This document shows positions 37,625 through 47,591 of a stretch of DNA of 64,000 nt, in pieces. Source of the DNA: an uncultured Actinomycetes bacterium. GTDB lineage: Bacteria; Chloroflexota; Dormibacteria; Aeolococcales; Aeolococcaceae. The notes beneath the pieces were generated by a model. That model did no database searches. It was given only the letters and a program-made list of their open reading frames with translations, and was not told the DNA's origin. The stretch is from NCBI GenBank assembly GCA_964508345.1, contig CAZDTK010000002.1, positions 7,389 to 71,388 of the forward strand. Reading direction: 5' to 3'. Within the stretch, counting starts at the first letter, position 1. Each line of letters begins with the position of its first letter. A program made the translations under genes and the position numbers.

Positions 37625-40030
37625 CTAGGAGACTCGAGCTCCCTCGGGGGTCAGACCGGCCGCGCTGGGGAGCCTGAGGACGACGTCGCGCTCGTCCCGC
37701 GCGTACTCCCGGTGCAGCAGGGCGGCCAGGTCGTCCAGGTCCACCGGCCGTGAGTAGTAGTCGCCCTGCGCAAACCGGCAGCCCATCTCGCGGAGGCGGC
37801 CCACCTGGTGGATGGTCTCCACGCCCTCCGCGATCACCTCCAGGTCGAGGATCCTCGCCATGGCGAGGATGGCGCGGGCGATCGGAGCCGTCTCCCCCGC
37901 TCCCACCATGTCCCTGATGAAGGCGCGGTCCACCTTGAGGATGTCGAAGTCGCACATCGTCAGGTAGGTGAGCGATGAGTACCCGGCCCCGAAGTCGTCG
38001 ATGGCCAGCCGTATCCCCATCTCCTTGAGCATGGTGAGGGTGCGCACGGTGGCCTCGTTGTCCCGGAGCAGCGCCGACTCGGTCACCTCCATGGTGAGCT
38101 GCTCGGGCGGGATGCCGGCGCTGCTCAGCGCCTCGCGAACGTCGTCGACCAGGTCGCGACCACGGATCGAGAAGGGTGAGAGGTTGACGCTCACCGAGAG
38201 CCGGGCCCGCCCGGGGAGCTGGGAGCGGACCCTGCGCAACCCGTCGAGCGCCTCGCGCAGCACCCAGCGCTCCACCTCGCTGATGATCCCGATCTCCTCG
38301 GCGACGGGGATGAAATCCAGGGGTGAGATCAGCCCACGGGTCGGGTGCTGCCAGCGCACCAGCGCCTCGAAGCCCTGCACCCGAGACGTCTCCATGTCGA
38401 CGATGGGCTGGAACTGCACGCGCAGCTCCGAGTCGTCGAGGGAGTGGAGGAGGTCGGACTCGAGCTCCATGCGGGCGAGCGCGGCCGCGTACATCTGCGG
38501 CTCGAAGAGCACGTAACGGTTCTTGCCACCCGCCTTGGCCCGGTACATGGCCACGTCGGCGTTGCGGAGCAGGTCGCTGGCCCCATGGTCGGCGACGCTC
38601 GAGATGGCCACCCCGATGCTGGCGCTCGCCGCGACCCGCTTGCCCTCGAGGAGGAAGGGGTTCTCCAGGGCGGCGAGCAGGCGTCGGGCCAGGCCGATGG
38701 CGTCGGCCGGCCGCCGCGCGTTCTCCATCAGGATCGCGAACTCGTCGCCGCCCAGCCGGCCGGCGAAGTCGCCGCGGCGCAGGCAGGCGCGGATCCTGTC
38801 CCCGATCTGCACCAGCAGCTCGTCGCCCGCAGAATGGCCGAGGCTGTCATTGATGACCTTGAAGCCGTCGACGTCGAAGTAGAGCAGGGCGAAGCGGCAA
38901 CCCTGACGGCGGTTGCGCACCGCGGCCTGCTCCAGCCGCCGAACGAAGAGCGCGCGACTGGCCAGGCCGGTGAGCCCGTCCTGGTAGGCGAGCTCCATCG
39001 CCTCGACGGTGCGCGCGTCGGTCAGGGCAAGGCTTGCGTGCTGGGCAAAGGCCTCGAGCGCCTCGCGCTCCACGGTGCGGTAGCGGCGATCGGGAGTGGC
39101 CGAGCCCACCATCAGCGCTCCGACCGGCCGGCCCTGCTCGTGAACCGGGGCGGCCATGGCGCACACCAACCCCATCTGGGCGAGCCACTCCATCTCCTCG
39201 CTGCCGCCGGTGAAGGAGTCGGCGGCGACGACCTGGTTGCCGCCGATCGCCTGACCGAGGAATCCGCCCGTGGCCGGGAGCCGGTGCACCCGAATACGGA
39301 CTTCCTCGGAGAGCCCCACCGAGGACATGAGGACGGTGGATCGGGGATCACCGGGGTCGATGATGCGCAGGGACGCGACGCTGTCCCCCAGCAGCTCGGC
39401 GGCGCCCGCCGTGATGGCATGCAGCACCTCGGGGAGGGGGGCTCGGTGGGAGATCGAGCGCTGGATGCGGGAGAGCCGCTCGAGGAGCAGCTGCCGCTCC
39501 TGCAGGGAGGCGGCCAGGGCGGCATTCTCGCTGGCCCGGCGCTCGCTCATGGCCCGGGCCCCTCTCTCCGCCTCGAGCAGACGCAGCGTCTCCTGGCTCA
39601 TCCGGAGCGCGCCGGCCATGCCGCGCAGGAGGTTGATCTCCTCGGGCATGAACCGCTGGTCGCCCAGACGGGCCAGCACAACGTAGCTGGAGGCGCGCGC
39701 CGCCAGCGGAACCGAGACTGCGGTGATGCGTCCCAGCCCGGGCAGCTCCACGACCCGGGAGCGGGTCTTCCCGGCCACGGCGATCAGCTCCGGCGGGGCG
39801 GGTCCGTCCAGTCCGATCGCCTGCACGGCCTGTCCGCTCTGGACCAGCAGCGCGATCTCCGCCTCCAGGGTCTCGGCGGCGTTCTCCAATCCGAGCCGCA
39901 CCGCCGTCGCCTCGTCGGGGGAGTGCACGAGCGCCGAGAGGTACTCCACCAGCTGATGGGTGGCCCACCAGTCGGGGCGCACCTCGGTGACTGCGGGATG
40001 CGGGGCGGCTGGGCGTTCCAAGCGATTCAT
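37625..40030 (-). CDS. Cyclic-di-GMP turnover protein: GAF domain(s) + GGDEF + EAL
   Basis: 801 aa. RLGGDEFAIL (GGDEF), EALVRW and the downstream EAL motifs. N-terminal GAF-like regions. Confidence 0.9.
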   Translation of the reverse strand: MNRLERPAAPHPAVTEVRPDWWATHQLVEYLSALVHSPDEATAVRLGLENAAETLEAEIALLVQSGQAVQAIGLDGPAPPELIAVAGKTRSRVVELPGLGRITAVSVPLAARASSYVVLARLGDQRFMPEEINLLRGMAGALRMSQETLRLLEAERGARAMSERRASENAALAASLQERQLLLERLSRIQRSISHRAPLPEVLHAITAGAAELLGDSVASLRIIDPGDPRSTVLMSSVGLSEEVRIRVHRLPATGGFLGQAIGGNQVVAADSFTGGSEEMEWLAQMGLVCAMAAPVHEQGRPVGALMVGSATPDRRYRTVEREALEAFAQHASLALTDARTVEAMELAYQDGLTGLASRALFVRRLEQAAVRNRRQGCRFALLYFDVDGFKVINDSLGHSAGDELLVQIGDRIRACLRRGDFAGRLGGDEFAILMENARRPADAIGLARRLLAALENPFLLEGKRVAASASIGVAISSVADHGASDLLRNADVAMYRAKAGGKNRYVLFEPQMYAAALARMELESDLLHSLDDSELRVQFQPIVDMETSRVQGFEALVRWQHPTRGLISPLDFIPVAEEIGIISEVERWVLREALDGLRRVRSQLPGRARLSVSVNLSPFSIRGRDLVDDVREALSSAGIPPEQLTMEVTESALLRDNEATVRTLTMLKEMGIRLAIDDFGAGYSSLTYLTMCDFDILKVDRAFIRDMVGAGETAPIARAILAMARILDLEVIAEGVETIHQVGRLREMGCRFAQGDYYSRPVDLDDLAALLHREYARDERDVVLRLPSAAGLTPEGARVS

Positions 40031-40042
40031 GCAGGTCGCAGG

Positions 40043-41247
40043 TCAGGAGATCGCCAGCGCGACGAGCGTCTGATTGTGGAATCCGCTGCCGCCACGAACC
40101 CGCGCGATCTCGCCATACCCGTAGAGGCCGGCCAGCGGCGCCCCGCGTGAATGCTGGACCATCCGCTCGACCTCCACCGCGGTTCCCTCGTCGCCGAGCG
40201 CAACCTTGCGGCCCACGCAGTCGAAGGCGAGCAGCCCGATCGGAGGCCGGCCGCCCAGAGCCCTGACGGCATCGGCGCAGGCGTGGCCGGCGGATTCGAG
40301 CACCGACGCTCTGGTGCACTCCATGAACGAGGTCATGGCGCCACTTGGGACCACTGCGTTGCAGGAGATCGCGCGGGTCTCGAAGTCGGCCCGGAACACG
40401 CAGCGCAGCCGGTCACCGCTGCGACGGCTGAGCCCGAGCGGATGGGTGACCGCGAAGCGGGTGAAGGCTGCCTGGTCCCGGTAGCACTCGGCTGGGGCCT
40501 CGAGCCTGCCCAGGTAGACGTCCATCGCCGGCTCGTCGTCGAGGGTGAGGAGCGTGTTCGCATGGGTGCCGGTCACCAGGAGCGGCTCGCCGAACGGTCG
40601 CCAGCCGTGGCGGACGCCGATGCCGAAGGGGGCGTCCGAGCCGAGCGCGGCCGCGACCACCGAGTCGGCCAGGACGTCGCCGCCGCGGAGCTGCCGGGTG
40701 GAGGTCATGCGCAGGTCGTCGGCTGCGGCCCCCCCGACCATGGCGACGGCTGCCCCGGCCACGCCGTAGGCGCCGCGGATGATCTCCAGCTGATCACAGG
40801 CGAGGCCGTCGGTGAAGAGCATCAGGACCCGGTGGGGACGGGCGCCCAGCGCACGGACGCAGGCGGCCGCCTCCGCGCCGGCCTGGCGGAGCCGGGAACC
40901 GATCCCCGTGGCGGCGGCGGTCGCGGCGGAGAAGCCGGAGCCGCCCAGGGCCAAGACCACCACCCCACCGCTGGAGGGCCCGCTCGGAGCGATCTCTCCG
41001 GCGGTGGTCGAACCGACCAGGAGCGCGTCACCGCTCACGGCGCGGACCCCCTCGAGCAGATCGTCCAGATCGTGAACGGGAGAGCAGAGGACGATCAGGA
41101 GCGCGGCGTCGGGATGGAGCATCGCCTTGCGAGCCGCCTCGCGGCCCGCCGCCTTCGACCCCGGGGCGGTGGAGCGACCCACCGCCACCCAGCGATCCTG
41201 TGACGCGGCCGGCGCGCGCGGGACCTCGCCCCACGTGCTCGTGCTCA
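40043..41247 (-). CDS. FIST-domain signal-transduction sensor protein (FIST_N + FIST_C)
   Basis: About 400 aa. GTG start preceded by AGGAGGAGG. Conserved FIST layout. Adjacent to the GGDEF/EAL gene, with a 13-nt gap. Confidence 0.75.
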
Positions 41248-41524
41248 CCCCAGCCTCCTCCTGGCCCCCGGCCCTCGCCGTTCGCGTCGGCGCGCGGGCA
41301 GGGTGAAGGGTGGCACTCCGCGCGCGGGATGGCCGGGGCGCCATGGAGCCGTCAAACTTCCATCACCTGCGCTGGGGCGGATTTGATCCCGCGCGACCCG
41401 GTGTCGATCGGAGGTCGGCGCCGGCCCGTGGAAGGACCCCGGCGACCGTTGCAGGTGGCTCCCTCGCCCGCGGAGACGGAGCAGCCGGGGGAGGGCGCCA
41501 CTGCGGGTAAACTCGCGAACGCCG

Positions 41525-41599
41525 CTGGGGAGTGGCCAAGTGGTAAGGCAGCTGACTCTGGATCAGCCAATCGCAGGTTCGAATCCTGCCTCCCCAGCC
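41525..41599 (+). tRNA. tRNA-Gln (anticodon CUG)
   Basis: TGGGGAG...CTCCCCA acceptor with U1:A72. Anticodon stem CTGA/TCAG, loop CTCTGGA. T-arm GCAGGTTCGAATCCTGC. Encoded CCA. Confidence 0.85.
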
Positions 41600-41675
41600 A
41601 TTTGTGATGTCTCAATGGCGGTTTCATGGGGTGGCCGCCTGTCTGGGGACATCGTGGACTGCAGGCAGGCCGCCG

Positions 41676-42998
41676 TCAGAGGCCGATGGCGGTGCCCGCC
41701 AGGGTGAGCCCCATGACGATCACCGCGGCCGTCACCGCCACCAGTACGAGGCGCTCCCACAGCCGCAGCCGGTACGGCGCGGGCAGCACGGTCCAGGCCA
41801 GCACGATGAGGAGGACGAGCACGATGGGCAGGAGCAGCGAGTTGAGGATCTCGACCCCGATGGCGAGCCCCACCAGCGAGCCGCTGGTCAGCACCAGCGC
41901 CGCCGAGAGCACGACCGCCACGATGAAGACGCCATAGAAGAGGGGCGCCTGGCGGAGCCCGCGGTTGAGGCTCCGGGGTTTCCCGGCCACCTCTGCGAAG
42001 GCCCAGGCGGCGCCCAGTGAGACGACCAGGCCGGCGACCAGAGCCGCGCCGGCCACCCCCATGGCGAAGGCCAGCCGCCCCCCGGTCGCGCCCAGGGAGG
42101 GGGTGAGCGCGGTGGAGATCTGCGCCACGGTGTTGAGCGATCCCGTGTGGTGGTCGAAGAGGGTCGCTCCGGTGGCCACCAGCACGGCCATCATGATCAC
42201 CTGGGTCACCACGGCACCGGCCGCGGTGTCCACCCGCGCCGCCCGAAGGTCGCGGACGGTCATGCCCTTGTCCAGGATCGCCGCCTGCTGGTAGAAGATC
42301 ATCCAGGGCATCACCACCGCTCCCACGTTGGCCGCCACCAGGGCGAGGTAGCCGGAGTTTGCGAGCGGCTGACCCGCGATCAGACTGCCGGCCAGCGCCC
42401 CCGGGTCGGGGTGGGCCCGGACCGCCGCGACCAGGAAGGCCAGCTCGAAGAGCCCGAGGCCGATCCCGATCCGCTCCACGCGACGGTAGGAACCCGAGGC
42501 GACCACCACCACGAGCAGGAGGGCGGCTCCGGGGACGATCAGCTGCTCCGGGACACCGACGATGCTGCCCACGCCCGCGATCCCGGCAAACTCGGTGACC
42601 AGCGCACCCACGCTGGTCACCAGCAGCGTCCCCACCGAGACGGCCGCCCAGCCGCGTCCGAACCTCTCCTTGACGAGCTGCGCATACCCCTTGCCGGTGG
42701 TGAGGCCCAGCCGGACAGTCAGCTCCATGACGAGGTACAGGACCGGGATCAGGAGCACCTCGAGGGGGAGGAGCCGGTAGCCGAAGCGCGCCCCCGACTG
42801 GGCTGCGGTCACCACACTGCCGGCGTCGGTGTCGGCGAGCATCACCATGAGGCCGGGACCGACCGCGGCGGTGAGGAACAGCCAGCGCTGGCGCCGCGAG
42901 AGCGAGGGGACGCCCACCACCACCGGTGCGACCCCGGCCACGGCGGGAACCGGCTCCGCCGCAGCGGTCCGCTGGACGGCCGCCGCCCGCACGTTCAC
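41676..42998 (-). CDS. mntH: NRAMP-family divalent metal (Mn2+/Fe2+) transporter
   Basis: 440 aa. Conserved NRAMP blocks (GPGLMVMLADTDAGS, VAANVGAVVMPWMIFY). Confidence 0.9.
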   Translation of the reverse strand: MNVRAAAVQRTAAAEPVPAVAGVAPVVVGVPSLSRRQRWLFLTAAVGPGLMVMLADTDAGSVVTAAQSGARFGYRLLPLEVLLIPVLYLVMELTVRLGLTTGKGYAQLVKERFGRGWAAVSVGTLLVTSVGALVTEFAGIAGVGSIVGVPEQLIVPGAALLLVVVVASGSYRRVERIGIGLGLFELAFLVAAVRAHPDPGALAGSLIAGQPLANSGYLALVAANVGAVVMPWMIFYQQAAILDKGMTVRDLRAARVDTAAGAVVTQVIMMAVLVATGATLFDHHTGSLNTVAQISTALTPSLGATGGRLAFAMGVAGAALVAGLVVSLGAAWAFAEVAGKPRSLNRGLRQAPLFYGVFIVAVVLSAALVLTSGSLVGLAIGVEILNSLLLPIVLVLLIVLAWTVLPAPYRLRLWERLVLVAVTAAVIVMGLTLAGTAIGL

Positions 42999-43079
42999 CG
43001 GGACGCCGCCCCCGGCGCGGCCTGCTCTGGCGGCGGCAGGGCAGCGGAGCTCTCCAGCAACATCTGCTCCCAGCCTGCC

Positions 43080-43104
43080 CTTTGCCTAGGCAAAGCTCTA
43101 GAGC
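43080..43104. promoter_or_regulatory. Perfect 16-bp palindrome CTTTGCCTAGGCAAAG, abutting the 10-bp palindrome GCTCTAGAGC, about 80 nt upstream of mntH
   Basis: Exact dyad symmetry. Its position in the mntH promoter suggests a metalloregulator (MntR/DtxR-family) operator. Confidence 0.5.
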
Positions 43105-43212
43105 CGGAGGTCACTGACCGGCACGGACATCCGGGCCCTTCCGCGCCCGGTACAGGGTGGGAAGGATCCGACGTCGCCCTCCGTATTCGCTGCGCGTGCG
43201 AAGGGTCCTACG

Positions 43213-44517
43213 TCACCCTCCGTAGATGAAGCCCTCGACGTCGTTGAGGGTGGTCACCTGGCGGGAGTCGATGTCTCCCGGGACCTCGTCGAAGTTCGCC
43301 TCGTCCACGTAGAAGTCGGTGGGACTGACGACGGCCACCACGTAGGCGACGTGGCCGTACTCGCTGTAGCCGTTGTACGGACCCCAGACGACGATGGCCC
43401 CGGGCGCGGGCGTGGATCCGGTCGAGTACCCCTGGGCCTGGGCGTTGCCGAGCCACTCGTCGGCGTTGCCCCACCAGGTCACCTCGACGAGCGATGCCAC
43501 ATACCAGGTGCACTGGCCCCAGGGGAAGGAGTCCGGGATGTCCCCGAATGCGAAGGGGCAGAGCGCGTAGCCGCAGCTCCCACCGCCACCACCGCCTGCC
43601 GCAGCCGCCGCGGCGGCTGCTGCCGCCGCTTCCGCGGCCGCCCGCTCCTCCGCCTGCACGGTGGCGATCTGGCTGAGCAGGGACTGCTGCTGGTCGATGA
43701 TGCCGGTGGCCTGGGCGTCCAGCGACGCGGCCTGAGCCTTGAGCTGGGCCTCCTGCCCCTGAAGCTGGGTCTCGAGGGACTCGAGCTGGGACTCGGCCTG
43801 CGCGGCCTGGGCGAGCTGGGCCTGCTGGGTCTGCTGGAGCGTGGCGAGCCGTTGCTCGTCGGCCTTGACCTCGCCGATGAGCTGCTGGAACTGCTGGCTC
43901 ACCGCGGTGGCCGACTCGAGCTTCTCCATGAGCGCCTCGACGCTCTGGCTGTCCACCAGCCCGGCGACCACGCCCGTCCCGCCCGCCGTGTAGATGACCA
44001 CCATCACCTGGGTGAGCTCCGACTTGTCGGTATTGAGATGGGCCGTGTCCACCTGGATGGCCTGGGCGGTCTGAGCCAGGGCGAGGTTGATCTGGTCGAT
44101 CTGAGCCTGGGTCTGCGCGACCTTGGTCTGGGTGCTGTCGATCTGCTGCTGGACCGCGGCGGCCTGGGCGTCCGCGGCGGCCTCGCTGCCCTGCAGAGTC
44201 TGGAGCTGGCCACCGAGCGAGCTGTACTGCTGCTGGAGCGAGCCGATCTGGTCGGTGTATGAATCGGCGAGGCGGTCTGGCGGCAGGGCCACCCGGTAGG
44301 ACGGCGGGGTGGCAGCGGCGAGCGCTCCGATCGCGAGGACGGAGATGACGAGTCTGCGGGTGAGGCGAGAGGTGGAGCGCACGTCCGTTATCTCTGGACC
44401 GGTGTCGGGGGCGGAGCATACCAGCGCCCCAGCGACCCGCAACGGCGCCTTCAGCGATTCGTCACGCGCTCGTGACGCGTCCTCCAGACCCGCCGGCCCG
44501 CTCGGCGTATGACGCAC
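43213..44517 (-). CDS. Secreted coiled-coil protein with a C-terminal CHAP domain (peptidoglycan amidase/endopeptidase)
   Basis: Signal-peptide-like RRLVISVLAIGALAAA. Long Gln/Ala-rich coiled-coil. Poly-Ala/Gly linker. CHAP Cys/His context (GQCTWYV ... GHVAYV). The start codon is uncertain. Confidence 0.7.
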   Translation of the reverse strand: MRHTPSGPAGLEDASRARDESLKAPLRVAGALVCSAPDTGPEITDVRSTSRLTRRLVISVLAIGALAAATPPSYRVALPPDRLADSYTDQIGSLQQQYSSLGGQLQTLQGSEAAADAQAAAVQQQIDSTQTKVAQTQAQIDQINLALAQTAQAIQVDTAHLNTDKSELTQVMVVIYTAGGTGVVAGLVDSQSVEALMEKLESATAVSQQFQQLIGEVKADEQRLATLQQTQQAQLAQAAQAESQLESLETQLQGQEAQLKAQAASLDAQATGIIDQQQSLLSQIATVQAEERAAAEAAAAAAAAAAAGGGGGGSCGYALCPFAFGDIPDSFPWGQCTWYVASLVEVTWWGNADEWLGNAQAQGYSTGSTPAPGAIVVWGPYNGYSEYGHVAYVVAVVSPTDFYVDEANFDEVPGDIDSRQVTTLNDVEGFIYGG

Positions 44518-44599
44518 CGACGCAGCCGGGCGGTCGTGTCGGCCCTGGTCAATGTGTAGAGTTGGCCGAGATCACGCGGCGGGGCACGCAGATGGAGGG

Positions 44600-45796
44600 A
44601 TGGTCCAGGTGAGCGAGGTGCAGGAGGTCAAGCCCGCCCAGGCGGCGGCACCGGTCCTGGCCCCTCGAGGCCTCGAGGGTGTGGCGGTTGCCGAGACCAA
44701 GATTGGCGACGTCCGCGGAGAGGAGGGCTTCTACCACTACCGCGGTTACGACGCCACCGAGCTGGCTCGGCACTGCTCCTTCGAGCAGGTCTGGCACCTG
44801 CTCCTGGTCGGGGAGCTGCCCGGCCCACGCGAGCTCCGCTGGCTCCAGGACCAGGCGGTCGCCGGCCGGGCCCTTCCCAGCGGCATCGCTCCCATCCTGG
44901 ACGAGATCGCCCGCCTGCCCGGCTACACGCCGCTGGGAGCGCTGCGCACCGCGGTGTCCCTCTCCTCCGCCGCGCTCAACCTCCAACCCACGCTCGACCT
45001 CAGCCCTGACCAGGTGCACAGCGACGCGCTCCGGATGGTGGCGCTCACCCCGGTGCTGCTGATGCGTCTCCAGCGCGTGCATCAGGGACTGCCGCCGGTC
45101 GACCCCGACCCGGATCTCGGCTACGCCGCCGCCTACCTCCAGATGCTCACCGGCACCCGCCCCGACCCGGTGGCCGCGCATGCCCTGGAGAAGTACCTCA
45201 TCACGACCATGGACCACGGCTTCAACTCGAGCACCTTCACCGCCCGGGTCATCACCTCCACCGGCAGTGACATGGGCTCGGCCCTGACCGGGGCCATCGG
45301 CGCGCTCGCGGGCCCGCTCCACGGGGGGGCGCCCTCGCGAGCGCTGGACATGCTCGACGCCATCGGCACCCCGGAGCGTGCCGAGGAGCTGCTCCGCGCC
45401 GAGGTCCAGTCCGGCGGACGCCTGATGGGCTTCGGTCACCGTGTCTACAAGACCGACGACCCCCGCTCCGTCCTCCTCCACGAGGTGGCCCGGGAGCTGG
45501 GCGGCCCGCAGGTGGAGTTCGCCGAGCACGTCGAGGCGACAGCGCTCCAGGTCCTCAGCGAGCTCAAGCCCGGCCGGCGTCTGTACACCAACGTCGAGTT
45601 CTACTCAGGTGTGGTCATGAACACCGTGGGCGTGCCCCGGGAGATGTTCACGCCGACCTTCGCCTGCAGCCGAACCGTGGGCTGGACCTCGGCGATCGCC
45701 GAGCAGGCGGCCAACAACCGGCTGATCCGCCCCTCGGCGATCTACGTCGGCCCCACGGCCCCCCGGCCGCTCCCCGACGGCTACGCCTACGCCTGA
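44600..45796 (+). CDS. Citrate synthase (short, type-II-like citrate/2-methylcitrate synthase)
   Basis: About 398 aa. GFGHRVYKTDDPR and the downstream catalytic His/Asp context. GGAGGG SD. Confidence 0.85.
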   Translation: MVQVSEVQEVKPAQAAAPVLAPRGLEGVAVAETKIGDVRGEEGFYHYRGYDATELARHCSFEQVWHLLLVGELPGPRELRWLQDQAVAGRALPSGIAPILDEIARLPGYTPLGALRTAVSLSSAALNLQPTLDLSPDQVHSDALRMVALTPVLLMRLQRVHQGLPPVDPDPDLGYAAAYLQMLTGTRPDPVAAHALEKYLITTMDHGFNSSTFTARVITSTGSDMGSALTGAIGALAGPLHGGAPSRALDMLDAIGTPERAEELLRAEVQSGGRLMGFGHRVYKTDDPRSVLLHEVARELGGPQVEFAEHVEATALQVLSELKPGRRLYTNVEFYSGVVMNTVGVPREMFTPTFACSRTVGWTSAIAEQAANNRLIRPSAIYVGPTAPRPLPDGYAYA

Positions 45797-45873
45797 CCGC
45801 TGATCAGAGCTGGCGCCGGCAGGGACGGCGGGGGAGAATGGGTTCCACGCATCCGGATGAGGAGGAAGGCACG

Positions 45874-46413
45874 ATGCCAACACTCGTGCGTGCGCTGGCC
45901 CCCGACCCCTACGACCTGCTGCCCACGGTCCCCGGGTTCCAGCTGGTCAGTGACGACATCGCCGACGGGCGGACCCTCGGCATCCTCCACGCCCATCACA
46001 GCGCGGATGGCGGGAACCAGAGCCCCCACCTGCGCTGGAGCGGCTTTCCCAGCGCGACCCGCGGTTTCGTGGTGACCTGCCTGGACCCCGACGCCCCCAC
46101 CGGCAGCGGCTTCTGGCACTGGGCCCTGGTCGGTGTGCCGGTCGGCGTGACCGAGCTCGGCCGCGGGGCGGGAGCGTCAGACGCCCCCCTGCCCCCCGGG
46201 GCCTTCCACGTCCGCAACGACTTCGGCACGCTCGACTACGGGGGAGCGGCGCCGCCTCCCGGCGACCGCCCCCACCGCTACATCTTCGCCGTCCACGCCG
46301 TGGACACCGACAGCCTGGGCGTGAGCCGAACCGACTCCCCGGCGGTGGTCGGTTTCAACCTGACGTTCCACACCCTCGCCCGGGGGACGCTGCGCGCGAC
46401 CTATCAGCGCTGA
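45874..46413 (+). CDS. YbhB/YbcL-family PEBP (Raf-kinase-inhibitor-like) protein
   Basis: PEBP signature DPDAP..G...HW and RYIFAVHAVD. Strong SD GAGGAGGAAGG. Confidence 0.8.
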   Translation: MPTLVRALAPDPYDLLPTVPGFQLVSDDIADGRTLGILHAHHSADGGNQSPHLRWSGFPSATRGFVVTCLDPDAPTGSGFWHWALVGVPVGVTELGRGAGASDAPLPPGAFHVRNDFGTLDYGGAAPPPGDRPHRYIFAVHAVDTDSLGVSRTDSPAVVGFNLTFHTLARGTLRATYQR

Positions 46414-46455
46414 GCTGAGCCCGGAGCCGGTCGAAGACGCGCCGCCGCGAGTCGG

Positions 46456-47481
46456 TCAGCTCTCGCTCGAGGCTGCCCAGAGGTTGATCCCGCTGTCGGT
46501 GGCCAGCCGGTCGATCTCCTCCAGCTCGGCGGCGGAGAACTCAATCTGCTCGAGCGCGGCGAGGTTCTCGTCGAGTTGGGCGGCGCTGCTCACCCCGATC
46601 AGGGCCGACGTGACCCTGGGGTCGCGAAGCACCCAGGCCAGGGCCATCTGGGCCAGCGACTGGCCGCGCCGGGAGGCCACCTCGTTGAGCCCGCGGATCT
46701 TGGCCAGCGTCTCTGCGCTCAGCATGTCCGGCGAGAGCGAGCCCCGCTGCTGGGCCCGCGAGCCCTCCGGGATCCCCTGCAGGTAGCGGCCGCTGAGCAT
46801 CCCCTGCGCCAGCGGGGAGAAGGCGATGCAGCCGATGCCCTCGGCCTCCAGCACATCCAGCAGCCCCCCCTCGATCCAGCGGTTGAGCATCGAGTAGGAC
46901 GGTTGGTGGATCAGGATGGGGGTGCCCAGCCCGGCCATGATCTCCACCGCCGCCTCGGTGTGCGCCGGCGAGTACGAGGAGATGCCCGCATACAGGGCCT
47001 TGCCCTGGCGCACCGCGGTGTCGAGGGCGCCCATGGTCTCCTCGAGCGGGGTCTCGGGGTCGTGGCGGTGGGAGTAGAAGATGTCGACGTGGTCGACACC
47101 CATCCGCTTCAGGCTCTGGTCAAGGCTGGCCAGAAGGTACTTGCGCGAGCCCCATTCCCCGTACGGGCCCGGCCACATCTCATAACCGGCCTTGGTGGAG
47201 ATGACCAGCTCGTCGCGGTAGGGGTGGAGGTCGCTGGACAGCACCCGGCCGAACGTCTCCTCGGCCGAGCCAAAGGGCGGCCCGTAGTTGTTGGCCAGGT
47301 CGAAATGGGTGATGCCGCGATCGAAGGCGTGGAGCAGGATTTCGCGGCTCTGGCTGAGCGGCCGCTCGCCGCCGAAGTTCTGCCAGAGCCCGAGGGTGAT
47401 GAGCGGCAGGCGGAGCCCGCTCCGCCCGGAGCGTCGGTATGTCATCGACTGGTAGCGATCGGGGGCGGCGACGTAGGTCAT
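46456..47481 (-). CDS. Aldo/keto reductase (YghZ/L-glyceraldehyde-3-phosphate reductase-like)
   Basis: AKR family blocks (GITHFDLANNYG, ISTKAG, LDQSLKRMGVDHVDIFYSHRHD). Start at MTYVAAPD with GGAGGGA SD. Confidence 0.85.
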   Translation of the reverse strand: MTYVAAPDRYQSMTYRRSGRSGLRLPLITLGLWQNFGGERPLSQSREILLHAFDRGITHFDLANNYGPPFGSAEETFGRVLSSDLHPYRDELVISTKAGYEMWPGPYGEWGSRKYLLASLDQSLKRMGVDHVDIFYSHRHDPETPLEETMGALDTAVRQGKALYAGISSYSPAHTEAAVEIMAGLGTPILIHQPSYSMLNRWIEGGLLDVLEAEGIGCIAFSPLAQGMLSGRYLQGIPEGSRAQQRGSLSPDMLSAETLAKIRGLNEVASRRGQSLAQMALAWVLRDPRVTSALIGVSSAAQLDENLAALEQIEFSAAELEEIDRLATDSGINLWAASSES

Positions 47482-47591
47482 CGGATGGTCCCTCCGTGCG
47501 GTGTGGGGGCGCCCGCCCGGGCGGCTTTCCGGGCGGCGCGTACGCATGTTTGACCGCCGCCGAATTAGTGTCGCTATGATAACCAAGTGCA

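Noticed and set aside
38345-40150. 601-aa + strand ORF, plus 40151..41203 and 36107..37060
   Set aside because: Antisense to the GGDEF-EAL, FIST and MCP genes.
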